DNA of 36,566 nt. It comes from Nemertoderma westbladi. Lineage: Eukaryota; Animalia; Xenacoelomorpha. The translations under genes and the position numbers were made by a program. The notes under the pieces are model-generated. The model did not search any database. It was not told the origin of the DNA and worked only from the letters and a program-made list of their open reading frames with translations. Of this stretch, positions 20,921 through 36,040 are shown piece by piece; positions within the stretch are counted from its first letter, which is position 1, and each line of letters begins with the position of its first letter. The stretch spans positions 1-36,566 of the forward strand of contig JAUCBJ010004340.1 in assembly GCA_032718475.1 (NCBI GenBank), in the 5' to 3' direction.

Positions 20921-23845
20921 TTAAACAGGGGGTTTGATTTTTTGGAAATTTTCGAAGGAACTATCAATAGCGGATTCATCGTGGGATATTAGATCAAGTT
21001 GGGCCTGTAGGAAGCGGGATTCGGGTAGCGACGCTTCTGTTGTCACGTCCAGAGGGGCGGGAGAGACGCCGTTAGCCAGTCGTGGCTCCCCTACGGATGA
21101 TTCCGCGATCCTTGGCTCGTCCAACAGTCGCGATTCCTCCACCATTCCCGAGCTCATCAACTCGCTGGGGGACAGCACCCGTCCCGTACCCGAGTGCATG
21201 TTCCGAATGTGCATCATAACCTGCTGAGGCCGCGCGAACCGTCTCTCGCACTCGCTACACTGGTTGTACTTCTCGGTGGAGTGCTGCGTAAGATGCGTGT
21301 TGAGTTGACGTTTAGTCGAGACTCCTAGATTGCATACGGGGCAGTAGTAGCAGTTGTCCCCACAGTGCTTCGACTTATTGTGTAGGTATAACCCGGACTG
21401 GGTTACGAATTTCTTAGGGCATATGGTGCATGCGAATATCTTCTCGTCGTCGCTGTACACGCAGGTTGCACGTCGGTATTGCTGCTTGACGTCCAGTTGA
21501 GGGATATCCGCTATCGAGTGTTTGCTCTTCATGTGGCTGTACAGCCCAGGATGCGTCGCGAACCGTTTGTTGCAGTGCTTACACGACAGAGGCTTGTAGC
21601 GGAATCCTTGAACAACCCCCTCGGTCCGACGTCGCTCCTCGCTGTTGCTAGGGTAAGTCGGGTCGTCGTCCTCGTCCTTAGCAACGGCTGCGATAGCGAC
21701 GGGCCCAACCCCCCGTAGTGCAGCGTCGTCCGGGTCCACCACCGGGACCGGGTGCACGATCTCCGTGTCCGCGTCCAACTCCAGCAACTCCTCGTTGGTG
21801 AGACACCCGCGGGGGTCGAACGCCAGACCCCCGGGTAGGGGACTCCCTTCCGTAGCGTTGCACGCCTTTAGATGCGAGATGCGACTCCACACACTCTGGA
21901 AACGCTCCCCACATTTAATGCAAGCAAACCCTTTACTCGCATCTGAAGGATCATCTAAAATTCCTCCTTTTTTTGGCGTACAATCGCTCTCTCCGTTCGT
22001 TAGTTTACTATCAGTATCGTTGGACGCTTCGTTAAAATACGGAGGGTCTTTAGGCGCTCTGTCCAACTCCTCTATGGCTTCCTTTACATCGTAGCCGTCT
22101 CTCCCGTGCTGCAGAAGATGTCGTCTCAACCGGTCCTTACGGGTGAACCCCTTCTTGCATACCGCGCACGGGTGCGGTTTAATCTCCGCGTGTAGACCGA
22201 TGTGTCGGTTCAGGGTAGACTTGCGGCTGAACAACTTGTTGCAGTGGGGGCAGTTGAGGCCCCGGCCGGGTGTGGAGGAGCCGCCCTGGAGTAGGGAGCC
22301 CTCGAAACTGGAGTTCCCGGGGGAGGCGTGGCTACTCCCAGGGGAGCCGCGCTCATAGGACACAGAGTTACCCGGGGTAAGGTCCATTGGTTCATCCTGC
22401 TCCACTATCTCCAGATGCGTTTCTTCTTCCGTATCTTCGTTAGCGTCAACAGCGACACCTGGCGACTGGGTGCTAGGCAACGCAATATGGTTACTAGGCA
22501 ACCCAGACAAGTCGGTCTTTATCAACCCAGATGGGCTACCAAGCAACCCCGATCGGAACACTGGTTGGTTGTTAGGGACGCCCATCTGGTTGCCAGGGAC
22601 GCTGGGAAGGTTACCAGGAACAACAGTCTGTTTGTTAGAGAGGCCCGTCTTGTTGTTAGGGACGCCTGCTTGGTTGCTAGGGACGCCGGGTGGGTTGTTA
22701 GGCATCCCTTTAAGGTTGAGCGGTGCTGTCTGCACGCCCACGCCCTCGGTCTTCCCATAGACACCCTTGGAGTGAGTCAACAGATGGAACTGCAGATGAT
22801 CTCGCATCGCGAACTTTCGGTCGCACAGGTTGCATTGGTAGGGTTTGTACTCGCTGTGGGTGAGCATGTGGCGTCGCAGCGAACGTTTACTCAGGTACTC
22901 CTTGGAGCACAGCGAGCAGGTATGCACAGAACCAGAGACCTCAGCCTCGGAGCTCTGTGTGCTGATACCGTGGGAGCGGTTCATATGCTGCACGCAGCCG
23001 ACCTTGGAGAAGAAACTGCTGTGGCAGATGGGGCAGATGTACTCAACAGGTAGATCCTTATCGTGGTGGAGCTTACAGAACTCGGAATGGAGACCCGAGT
23101 TGAGTTTGGAATCGATACCATTCTGCGAGAACTTACAGGTGCATTCGGATTGGGAATGCTGCAGGACAACGTGTTTGTCGCAGTATTCCTCGTGCAGGAA
23201 CATAATGCCGCAGAGTTTGCAGTGAGTCATTGAGTCGAGAGCGTCGCTCGCTAGAATCTTCCCGCGGGAGTTTTCCTCCCCGAAATCCACATCGACTCCA
23301 TTTTGTATCGCGTTGAACATAAGCGGTTTCGTGTCGACCATCTGCTGGTTGTGTTGCTTGGCGACGAATGACGTCACGGGTGACTTGGCGCCGGACACGG
23401 CCGGGAGATCCGTGCCGGATACGCCGCCGAACTGGGACGAGGACAGATCGTCGTTGTTTACTTCGGGATGCGACGAGGTTTCGTGCTGTTTCAGGAAGTC
23501 GGACGAGTAGAATAGAATACCGCAGTAGTGACACACGTAGAAGTACTGGGCTTTATCCGAGATGCTCGGACTTACACTCCCCATACGGGCGTCCGTCTCC
23601 TCGTCAAACACAGTCGGGGCTATGACGTCATTGTTATTAATAGAATAATCGCAGGTTTCCATGTCCATCTCGGAATTAGCGTACGGAAGAATTGATTCCG
23701 AGCTCGGAATGTGTTCTGTGTTTCCGCAGTCCGGATTTCCATTCTCAGGATTTCCGTCCTTCTGTTGGTTCCACGAGACTTGATTACTCAACGTGTCCTC
23801 TTTACGAAAAGCCGATAAACTCAGGTTCAACACTTCGGAAGCCAT
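20921..23845 (-). CDS. Multi-C2H2 zinc-finger protein, ~974 aa, about 12 fingers (11 C2H2 plus 1 C2HC) in dispersed clusters
   Basis: Examples: CSLCSKEYLSKRSLRRHMLTH-SEYKPY-QCNLCDRKFAMRDHLQFHLLTH, CPHCNKLFSRKSTLNRHIGLH-AEIKPH-PCAVC.. and a C-terminal triplet. First ATG at 23845; the ORF track start is a TTG. No orthologue recognised. Confidence 0.9.
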   Translation of the reverse strand: MASEVLNLSLSAFRKEDTLSNQVSWNQQKDGNPENGNPDCGNTEHIPSSESILPYANSEMDMETCDYSINNNDVIAPTVFDEETDARMGSVSPSISDKAQYFYVCHYCGILFYSSDFLKQHETSSHPEVNNDDLSSSQFGGVSGTDLPAVSGAKSPVTSFVAKQHNQQMVDTKPLMFNAIQNGVDVDFGEENSRGKILASDALDSMTHCKLCGIMFLHEEYCDKHVVLQHSQSECTCKFSQNGIDSKLNSGLHSEFCKLHHDKDLPVEYICPICHSSFFSKVGCVQHMNRSHGISTQSSEAEVSGSVHTCSLCSKEYLSKRSLRRHMLTHSEYKPYQCNLCDRKFAMRDHLQFHLLTHSKGVYGKTEGVGVQTAPLNLKGMPNNPPGVPSNQAGVPNNKTGLSNKQTVVPGNLPSVPGNQMGVPNNQPVFRSGLLGSPSGLIKTDLSGLPSNHIALPSTQSPGVAVDANEDTEEETHLEIVEQDEPMDLTPGNSVSYERGSPGSSHASPGNSSFEGSLLQGGSSTPGRGLNCPHCNKLFSRKSTLNRHIGLHAEIKPHPCAVCKKGFTRKDRLRRHLLQHGRDGYDVKEAIEELDRAPKDPPYFNEASNDTDSKLTNGESDCTPKKGGILDDPSDASKGFACIKCGERFQSVWSRISHLKACNATEGSPLPGGLAFDPRGCLTNEELLELDADTEIVHPVPVVDPDDAALRGVGPVAIAAVAKDEDDDPTYPSNSEERRRTEGVVQGFRYKPLSCKHCNKRFATHPGLYSHMKSKHSIADIPQLDVKQQYRRATCVYSDDEKIFACTICPKKFVTQSGLYLHNKSKHCGDNCYYCPVCNLGVSTKRQLNTHLTQHSTEKYNQCSECERRFARPQQVMMHIRNMHSGTGRVLSPSELMSSGMVEESRLLDEPRIAESSVGEPRLANGVSPAPLDVTTEASLPESRFLQAQLDLISHDESAIDSSFENFQKIKPPV

Positions 23846-24131
23846 TCCGGAATCAACAGCCAACAACCAATACGCAATATGTTATAATATCGATAGTATA
23901 CAATATACACAGTAGAATGAAAATAGTATTTATTTTAACTAAACAAAGAATATATAAAGTAAAGTAGAAGTGACTAAATTTAAATTTCTGTGTTTTGTTT
24001 ATTCAACTAAAAAATATATAATTATATCATAATTATAATAATTTAATATTTATGCTAATGAGATGGTCGGGTCACAGTGAATGGGTGCAATATAAATAGA
24101 CTGAGAAACTAGAAAGTAGAAGGGGTGGCGA

Positions 24132-27100
24132 AAAATAAATATATCGTAGAGACAATATAAAATAAATATATCGTAGAGACAATATAATATAAATATATCG
24201 TAGAGACAATATAATATAAATATATCGTAGAGACAATATAATATAAATATATCGTAGAGACAATATAATATAAATATATCCTAGAGACAATATAATATAA
24301 ATATATCGTAGAGACAATATAATATAAATATATCCTAGAGACAATATAATATAAATATATCGTAGAGACAATATAATATAAATATATCGTAGAGACAATA
24401 TAATATAAATATATCGTAGAGACAATATAATATAAATATATCGTAGAGACAATATAATATAAATATATCCTAGAGACAATATAATATAAATATATCGTAG
24501 AGACAATATAATATAAATATATCGTAGAGACAATATAATATAAATATATCGTAGAGACAATATAATATAAATATATCGTAGAGACAATATAATATAAATA
24601 TATCGTAGAGACAATATAATATAAATATATCGTAGAGACAATATAATATAAATATATCGTAGAGACAATATAATATAAATATATCGTAGAGACAATATAA
24701 TATAAATATATCGTAGAGACAATATAATATAAATATATCCTAGAGACAATATAATATAAATATATCGTAGAGACAATATAATATAAATATATCGTAGAGA
24801 CAATATAATATAAATATATCGTAGAGACAATATAATATAAATATATCCTAGAGACAATATAATATAAATATATCGTAGAGACAATATAATATAAATATAT
24901 CGTAGAGACAATATAATATAAATATATCGTAGAGACAATATAATATAAATATATCGTAGAGACAATATAATATAAATATATCGTAGAGACAATATAATAT
25001 AAATATATCCTAGAGACAATATAATATAAATATATCGTAGAGACAATATAATATAAATATATCGTAGAGATAATATAATATAAATATATCGTAGAGACAA
25101 TATAATATAAATATATCGTAGAGACAATATAATATAAATATATCGTAGAGACAATATAATATAAATATATCGCAGAGACAATATAATATAAATATATCCT
25201 AGAGACAATATAATATAAATATATCCTAGAGACAATATAATATAAATATATCGTAGAGACAATATAATATAAATATATCCTAGAGACAATATAAAATAAA
25301 TATATCAGAGACAATATAATATAAATATATCGTAGAGACAATATAATATAAATATATCGTAGTGACAATATAATATAAATATATCGTAGAGACAATATAA
25401 TATAAATATATCGTAGAGACAATATAATATAAATATATCGTAGAGACAATATAATATAAATATATCGTAGAGACAATATAATATAAATATATCGTAGAGA
25501 CAATATAATATAAATATATCCTAGAGACAATATAAAATAAATATATCAGAGACAATATAATATAAATATATCGTAGAGACAATATAATATAAATATATCC
25601 TAGAGACAATATAAAATAAATATATCGTAGAGACAATATAATATAAATATATCCTAGAGACAATATAAAATAAATATATCAGAGACAATATAATATAAAT
25701 ATATCGTAGAGACAATATAATATAAATATATCGTAGTGACAATATAATATAAATATATCGTAGAGACAATATAATATAAATATATCGTAGAGACAATATA
25801 ATATAAATATATCGTAGAGACAATATAATATAAATATATCGTAGAGACAATATAATATAAATATATCGTAGAGACAATATAATATAAATATATCGTAGAG
25901 ACAATATAATATAAATATATCCTAGAGACAATATAATATAAATATATCCTAGAGACAATATAATATAAATATATCCTAGAGACAATATAATATAAATATA
26001 TCGTAGAGACAATATAATATAAATATATCGTAGAGACAATATAATATAAATATATCCTAGAGACAATATAATATAAATATATCGTAGAGACAATATAATA
26101 TAAATATATCGTAGAGACAATATAATATAAATATATCGTAGAGACAATATAATATAAATATATCGTAGAGACAATATAATATAAATATATCGTAGAGACA
26201 ATATAATATAAATATATCGTAGAGACAATATAATATAAATATATCGTAGAGACAATATAATATAAATATATCGTAGAGACAATATAATATAAATATATCG
26301 TAGAGACAATATAATATAAATATATCCTAGAGACAATATAATATAAATATATCGTAGAGACAATATAATATAAATATATCGTAGAGACAATATAATATAA
26401 ATATATCGTAGAGACAATATAATATAAATATATCCTAGAGACAATATAATATAAATATATCGTAGAGACAATATAATATAAATATATCGTAGAGACAATA
26501 TAATATAAATATATCGTAGAGACAATATAATATAAATATATCGTAGAGACAATATAATATAAATATATCCTAGAGACAATATAATATAAATATATCCTAG
26601 AGACAATATAATATAAATATATCGTAGAGACAATATAAAATAAATATATCAGAGACAATATAATATAAATATATCGTAGAGACAATATAATATAAATATA
26701 TCGTAGAGACAATATAATATAAATATATCGTAGAGACAATATAATATAAATATATCGCAGAGACAATATAATATAAATATATCCTAGAGACAATATAATA
26801 TAAATATATCGTAGAGACAATATAATATAAATATATCGCTAGAGACAATATAATATAAATATATCGTAGAGACAATATAATATAAATATATCGTAGAGAC
26901 AATATAATATAAATATATCGTAGAGACAATATAAAATAAATATATCAGAGACAATATAATATAAATATATCGTAGAGACAATATAATATAAATATATCGT
27001 AGAGACAATATAATATAAATATATCGTAGAGACAATATAATATAAATATATCGTAGAGACAATATAATATAAATATATCGTAGAGACAATATAATATAAA

Positions 27101-30100
27101 TATATCCTAGAGACAATATAAAATAAATATATCGTAGAGACAATATAATATAAATATATCGTAGAGACAATATAAAATAAATATATCCTAGAGACAATAT
27201 AATATAAATATATCGTAGAGACAATATAATATAAATATATCCTAGAGACAATATAAAATAAATATATCGTAGAGACAATATAATATAAATATATCGTAGA
27301 GACAATATAATATAAATATATCCTAGAGACAATATAATATAAATATATCCTAGAGACAATATAATATAAATATATCGTAGAGACAATATAAAATAAATAT
27401 ATCCTAGAGACAATATAATATAAATATATCCTAGAGACAATATAAAATAAATATATCCTAGAGACAATATAATATAAATATATCGTAGTGACAATATAAT
27501 ATAAATATATCCTAGAGACAATATAATATAAATATATCCTAGAGACAATATAAAATAAATATATCCTAGAGACAATATAATATAAATATATCGTAGAGAC
27601 AATATAAAATAAATATATCGTAGAGACAATATAATATAAATATATCGTAGAGACAATATAAAATAAATATATCCTAGAGACAATATAATATAAATATATC
27701 CTAGAGACAATATAATATAAATATATCGTAGAGACAATATAATATAAATATATCGTAGACAATATAATATAAATATATCGTAGAGACAATATAATATAAA
27801 TATATCCTAGAGACAATATAATATAAATATATCGTAGAGACAATATAATATAAATATATCGTAGACAATATAATATAAATATATCGTAGAGACAATATAA
27901 TATAAATATATCGTAGAGACAATATAATATAAATATATCCTAGAGACAATATAATATAAATATATCGTAGAGACAATATAATATAAATATATCGTAGACA
28001 ATATAATATAAATATATCGTAGAGACAATATAATATAAATATATCGTAGACAATATAATATAAATATATCGTAGAGACAATATAATATAAATATATCGTA
28101 GAGACAATATAAAATAAATATATCCTAGAGACAATATAATATAAATATATCGTAGACAATATAATATAAATATATCGTAGAGACAATATAATATAAATAT
28201 ATCGTAGACAATATAATATAAATATATCGTAGAGACAATATAATATAAATATATCGTAGAGACAATATAAAATAAATATATCCTAGAGACAATATAATAT
28301 AAATATATCGTAGAGACAATATAATATAAATATATCGTAGAGACAATATAAAATAAATATATCGTAGAGACAATATAATATAAATATATCGTAGAGACAA
28401 TATAATATAAATATATCCTAGAGACAATATAATATAAATATATCGTAGAGACAATATAAAATAAATATATCCTAGAGACAATATAATATAAATATATCCT
28501 AGAGACAATATAATATAAATATATCGTAGAGACAATATAATATAAATATATCCTAGAGACAATATAATATAAATATATCGTAGAGACAATATAAAATAAA
28601 TATATCCTAGAGACAATATAATATAAATATATCCTAGAGACAATATAATATAAATATATCCTAGAGACAATATAATATAAATATATCGTAGAGACAATAT
28701 AATATAAATATATCCTAGAGACAATATAATATAAATATATCGTAGAGACAATATAAAATAAATATATCCTAGAGACAATATAATATAAATATATCCTAGA
28801 GACAATATAATATAAATATATCGTAGAGACAATATAATATAAATATATCCTAGAGACAATATAATATAAATATATCCTAGAGACAATATAATATAAATAT
28901 ATCCTAGAGACAATATAATATAAATATATCCTAGAGACAATATAATATAAATATATCCTAGAGACAATATAATATAAATATATCGTAGAGACAATATAAT
29001 ATAAATATATCCTAGAGACAATATAATATAAATATATCGTAGAGACAATATAAAATAAATATATCCTAGAGACAATATAATATAAATATATCCTAGAGAC
29101 AATATAATATAAATATATCGTAGAGACAATATAATATAAATATATCGTAGAGACAATATAATATAAATATATCGTAGACAATATAATATAAATATATCGT
29201 AGAGACAATATAATATAAATATATCGTAGAGACAATATAATATAAATATATCGTAGAGACAATATAATATAAATATATCGTAGAGACAATATAATATAAA
29301 TATATCCTAGAGACAATATAATATAAATATATCGTAGAGACAATATAATATAAATATATCGTAGAGACAATATAATATAAATATATCGTAGAGACAATAT
29401 AATATAAATATATCGTAGACAATATAATATAAATATATCGTAGAGACAATATAAAATAAATATATCCTAGAGACAATATAATATAAATATATCCTAGAGA
29501 CAATATAATATAAATATATCCTAGAGACAATATAATATAAATATATCCTAGAGACAATATAATATAAATATATCCTAGAGACAATATAATATAAATATAT
29601 CGTAGAGACAATATAATATAAATATATCCTAGAGACAATATAATATAAATATATCGTAGAGACAATATAAAATAAATATATCCTAGAGACAATATAATAT
29701 AAATATATCCTAGAGACAATATAATATAAATATATCGTAGAGACAATATAATATAAATATATCGTAGAGACAATATAATATAAATATATCGTAGGACAAT
29801 ATAATATAAATATATCGTAGAGACAATATAATATAAATATATCGTAGAGACAATATAATATAAATATATCCTAGAGACAATATAATATAAATATATCGTA
29901 GAGACAATATAATATAAATATATCGTAGAGACAATATAATATAAATATATCGTAGAGACAATATAATATAAATATATCGTAGAGACAATATAATATAAAT
30001 ATATCGTAGAGACAATATAATATAAATATATCCTAGAGACAATATAATATAAATATATCGTAGAGACAATATAATATAAATATATCGTAGAGACAATATA

Positions 30101-33100
30101 ATATAAATATATCCTAGAGACAATATAATATAAATATATCCTAGAGACAATATAATATAAATATATCCTAGAGACAATATAATATAAATATATCGTAGAG
30201 ACAATATAATATAAATATATCGTAGAGACAATATAATATAAATATATCGTAGAGACAATATAATATAAATATATCGTAGAGACAATATAATATAAATATA
30301 TCGTAGAGACAATATAATATAAATATATCCTAGAGACAATATAATATAAATATATCGTAGAGACAATATAATATAAATATATCCTAGAGACAATATAATA
30401 TAAATATATCGTAGAGACAATATAATATAAATATATCGTAGAGACAATATAATATAAATATATCCTAGAGACAATATAATATAAATATATCGTAGAGACA
30501 ATATAATATAAATATATCCTAGAGACAATATAATATAAATATATCGTAGAGACAATATAATATAAATATATCGTAGAGACAATATAATATAAATATATCG
30601 TAGAGACAATATAATATAAATATATCGTAGAGACAATATAATATAAATATATCGTAGAGACAATATAATATAAATATATCGTAGAGACAATATAATATAA
30701 ATATATCGTAGAGACAATATAATATAAATATATCGTAGAGACAATATAATATAAATATATCGTAGAGACAATATAATATAAATATATCCTAGAGACAATA
30801 TAATATAAATATATCCTAGAGACAATATAATATAAATATATCGTAGAGACAATATAATATAAATATATCGTAGAGACAATATAATATAAATATATCGTAG
30901 AGACAATATAATATAAATATATCGTAGAGACAATATAATATAAATATATCGTAGGACAATATAATATAAATATATCGTAGACAATATAATATAAATATAT
31001 CGTAGAGACAATATAATATAAATATATCGTAGAGACAATATAATATAAATATATCGTAGAGACAATATAATATAAATATATCGTAGAGACAATATAAAAT
31101 AAATATATCCTAGAGACAATATAATATAAATATATCCTAGAGACAATATAATATAAATATATCGTAGAGACAATATAAAATAAATATATCGTAGAGACAA
31201 TATAAAATAAATATATCGTAGACAATATAATATAAATATATCGTAGAGACAATATAATATAAATATATCGTAGAGACAATATAATATAAATATATCCTAG
31301 AGACAATATAATATAAATATATCGTAGAGACAATATAATATAAATATATCGTAGAGACAATATAATATAAATATATCGTAGAGACAATATAATATAAATA
31401 TATCCTAGAGACAATATAATATAAATATATCCTAGAGACAATATAATATAAATATATCGTAGAGACAATATAATATAAATATATCCTAGAGACAATATAA
31501 TATAAATATATCGTAGAGACAATATAATATAAATATATCGTAGAGACAATATAATATAAATATATCGTAGAGACAATATAATATAAATATATCGTAGAGA
31601 CAATATAATATAAATATATCGTAGAGACAATATAATATAAATATATCGTAGAGACAATATAATATAAATATATCGTAGAGACAATATAATATAAATATAT
31701 CGTAGAGACAATATAATATAAATATATCGTAGAGACAATATAATATAAATATATCCTAGAGACAATATAATATAAATATATCGTAGAGACAATATAATAT
31801 AAATATATCCTAGAGACAATATAATATAAATATATCCTAGAGACAATATAATATAAATATATCGTAGAGACAATATAATATAAATATATCGTAGAGACAA
31901 TATAATATAAATATATCGTAGACAATATAATATAAATATATCGTAGAGACAATATAATATAAATATATCGTAGAGACAATATAATATAAATATATCCTAG
32001 AGACAATATAATATAAATATATCGTAGAGACAATATAATATAAATATATCGTAGAGACAATATAATATAAATATATCGTAGAGACAATATAAAATAAATA
32101 TATCGTAGAACAATATAATATAAATATATCGTAGAGACAATATAATATAAATATATCGTAGAGACAATATAAAATAAATATATCCTAGAGACAATATAAT
32201 ATAAATATATCGTAGAGACAATATAATATAAATATATCGTAGAGACAATATAATATAAATATATCGTAGAGACAATATAATATAAATATATCGTAGAGAC
32301 AATATAATATAAATATATCCTAGAGACAATATAATATAAATATATCGTAGAGACAATATAATATAAATATATCGTAGAGACAATATAATATAAATATATC
32401 GTAGAGACAATATAATATAAATATATCGTAGAGACAATATAATATAAATATATCCTAGAGACAATATAATATAAATATATCGTAGAGACAATATAATATA
32501 AATATATCGTAGAGACAATATAATATAAATATATCGTAGAGACAATATAATATAAATATATCGTAGAGACAATATAATATAAATATATCGTAGAGACAAT
32601 ATAATATAAATATATCCTAGAGACAATATAATATAAATATATCGTAGAGACAATATAATATAAATATATCCTAGAGACAATATAATATAAATATATCCTA
32701 GAGACAATATAATATAAATATATCCTAGAGACAATATAATATAAATATATCGTAGAGACAATATAATATAAATATATCCTAGAGACAATATAATATAAAT
32801 ATATCGTAGAGACAATATAATATAAATATATCCTAGAGACAATATAATATAAATATATCCTAGAGACAATATAATATAAATATATCGTAGAGACAATATA
32901 ATATAAATATATCCTAGAGACAATATAATATAAATATATCGTAGAGACAATATAATATAAATATATCGTAGAGACAATATAATATAAATATATCGTAGAG
33001 ACAATATAATATAAATATATCGTAGAGACAATATAATATAAATATATCGTAGAGACAATATAATATAAATATATCCTAGAGACAATATAATATAAATATA

Positions 33101-34507
33101 TCCTAGAGACAATATAATATAAATATATCCTAGAGACAATATAATATAAATATATCGTAGAGACAATATAATATAAATATATCGTAGAGACAATATAATA
33201 TAAATATATCGTAGAGACAATATAATATAAATATATCGTAGAGACAATATAATATAAATATATCGTAGAGACAATATAATATAAATATATCGTAGAGACA
33301 ATATAATATAAATATATCGTAGAGACAATATAATATAAATATATCCTAGAGACAATATAATATAAATATATCGTAGAGACAATATAATATAAATATATCG
33401 TAGAGACAATATAATATAAATATATCGTAGAGACAATATAATATAAATATATCCTAGAGACAATATAATATAAATATATCGTAGAGACAATATAATATAA
33501 ATATATCGTAGAGACAATATAATATAAATATATCCTAGAGACAATATAATATAAATATATCCTAGAGACAATATAATATAAATATATCGTAGAGACAATA
33601 TAATATAAATATATCGTAGAGACAATATAATATAAATATATCGTAGAGACAATATAATATAAATATATCGTAGAGACAATATAAAATAAATATATCGTAG
33701 AGACAATATAATATAAATATATCCTAGAGACAATATAATATAAATATATCCTAGAGACAATATAATATAAATATATCGTAGAGACAATATAATATAAATA
33801 TATCCTAGAGACAATATAATATAAATATATCGTAGAGACAATATAAAATAAATATATCCTAGAGACAATATAATATAAATATATCGTAGAGACAATATAA
33901 TATAAATATATCCTAGAGACAATATAATATAAATATATCGTAGAGACAATATAATATAAATATATCGTAGAGACAATATAATATAAATATATCGTAGAGA
34001 CAATATAATATAAATATATCGTAGAGACAATATAATATAAATATATCGTAGACAATATAATATAAATATATCCTAGAGACAATATAATATAAATATATCG
34101 TAGAGACAATATAATATAAATATATCGTAGAGACAATATAATATAAATATATCGTAGAGACAATATAATATAAATATATCGTAGAGACAATATAATATAA
34201 ATATATCGTAGAGACAATATAATATAAATATATCGTAGAGACAATATAATATAAATATATCGTAGAGACAATATAATATAAATATATCCTAGAGACAATA
34301 TAATATAAATATATCGTAGAGACAATATAATATAAATATATCGTAGAGACAATATAATATAAATATATCCTAGAGACAATATAATATAAATATATCCTAG
34401 AGACAATATAATATAAATATATCGTAGAGACAATATAATATAAATATATCGTAGAGACAATATAATATAAATATATCGTAGAGACAATATAATATAAATA
34501 TATCGTA
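24132..34507. repeat. 27-bp AT-rich satellite, consensus GTAGAGACAATATAATATAAATATATC, ~385 copies, ~10.4 kb
   Basis: Directly visible tandem array. Main variants: CGTAG/CCTAG, ATAATATAA/ATAAAATAA and 1-2 bp deletions. Confidence 0.99.
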
Positions 34508-35785
34508 AAGATAATGAAGAACTACCGGACATAAATCACCTTCAAAACCCAATTAGCTCATTACAAAACAGTCTCACCTTAATGCTTGGCTTGCTCCATC
34601 CTTCTTATTGTGGTTAGTAAAACCGTAACCCCCCCCCCCCCCATCCCACTTTCCCAAGAGAGATAATATAAGCGGCAGCATTGAACTAATAACGGTAAGA
34701 AATTCCACTTTATGTAACTCGAATATAAAGTAGCTGAAGTTTTCAAATTATTTCAAGATATTCATAGTAAAACAATCCTCAGAATAAAAACGCATACGTT
34801 AATCAATTAATGTATCAGTACAAAATTAATACAAAATCCAGTTGTACGGCACTGCACTGAGTTTATTCTGTATGTAGTAAGTACATGGTAGAGGTGATAT
34901 CATTTAAACAAGGCAATATCTCAAGCGCAACTATGAGAAGCCGCCAAAATCTATTAGAATAATGTAAGAAACATACGAGACGAGTTAGTTCCCTCCTATC
35001 TGTTTCCAAGAGTAACATATACAGAAAAACCTATTCTGTTACGTTAACACTACGACGGTGTGTATCCTAGCAGCTTATAGTACTACTACCTAATATTACA
35101 ACGCATTATGCACAGACAAGGAAACCTGTTTGTTTGTAAGAAAGCTGTATTATATATTATTTATTTCTCTCAAGGTCAAGCAGTGACCTTGACTAATTCA
35201 AAGGACAGATATATAATTTCTAAATTACTTTAAAATAACAAATCAATGATTAATTACGCAGTTACCCTTACCACACAGGCGTATACGCCGTGTACTGAAG
35301 GTACTGGTACAAAGTCAAAACCAATATTATAGATAGAGAAAAGCCATCGAGCCAAATATACTAAGAATTCAGCAGACGAAAAACATAAAAAAAACCTGCA
35401 AATGACAACCAGAGAGTGATAAGTAAGTTTATGTTTATTGCTATACAGGACAAGACATGTACACCAGTATGAAATAAGGGAGTGGTTTCTTTCAGCCGCC
35501 AGTCCTAGTTTGGGAGTGGGTGCCTAAATCTGTATGAGTAATATACACAACACGCAGTGCTAAACGAATGTTACTGGAGTAGGCCTACAAGCTATCATGT
35601 CAAACATTGAAGTGAAACACATGTAATTTTTATTACTTCTCTTTCGTTTCAATATTCAACAATCTATAAGAGAAATTTTAAAAAATATGACTGTTAAATT
35701 GACTAATAAACACAATTAATGAAATAATTACAACCCTTATTAAAAATAAAATACAAAACTCCCAGCCCATATGAATAATACCAGA

Positions 35786-36040
35786 CTTTCTGCCGTTATA
35801 TTTCACTTTGCAGTTACCCCCATGCAGTTACACCACGTTTTCACCAAAACCACAGGTTAAAGAAGGGCTGAATCTAACCAAAACAATAAACTAATTAGTA
35901 TATGTACAGGTTACAAGACAGGAATAAGCGCTATAAAACACTTAATAAAGATAAATTTAAATAAATAAAAAATCTTCATATATAAAATTCCAATAAAAAG
36001 TCGAACGAAAAGTGAAATCCTGGTATTCCTCACATGGGCG
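35786..36040 (-). repeat. Inverted dispersed copy of 7838-8100
   Basis: ACTTTCTGC.GTTATATTTCACTTTGCAGTTAC…AAAAGTGAAATCCTGGTATTC is the reverse complement of the intronic segment, with scattered substitutions. Confidence 0.9.

Noticed and set aside
24072-34532. Long minus-strand ORFs (LSLRYIYII / VSTIYLYYI repeats, up to 1131 aa)
   Set aside because: Artefact of a 27-bp unit that lacks stops in two frames. Frequent 1-2 bp indels shift frames freely and most starts are TTG.
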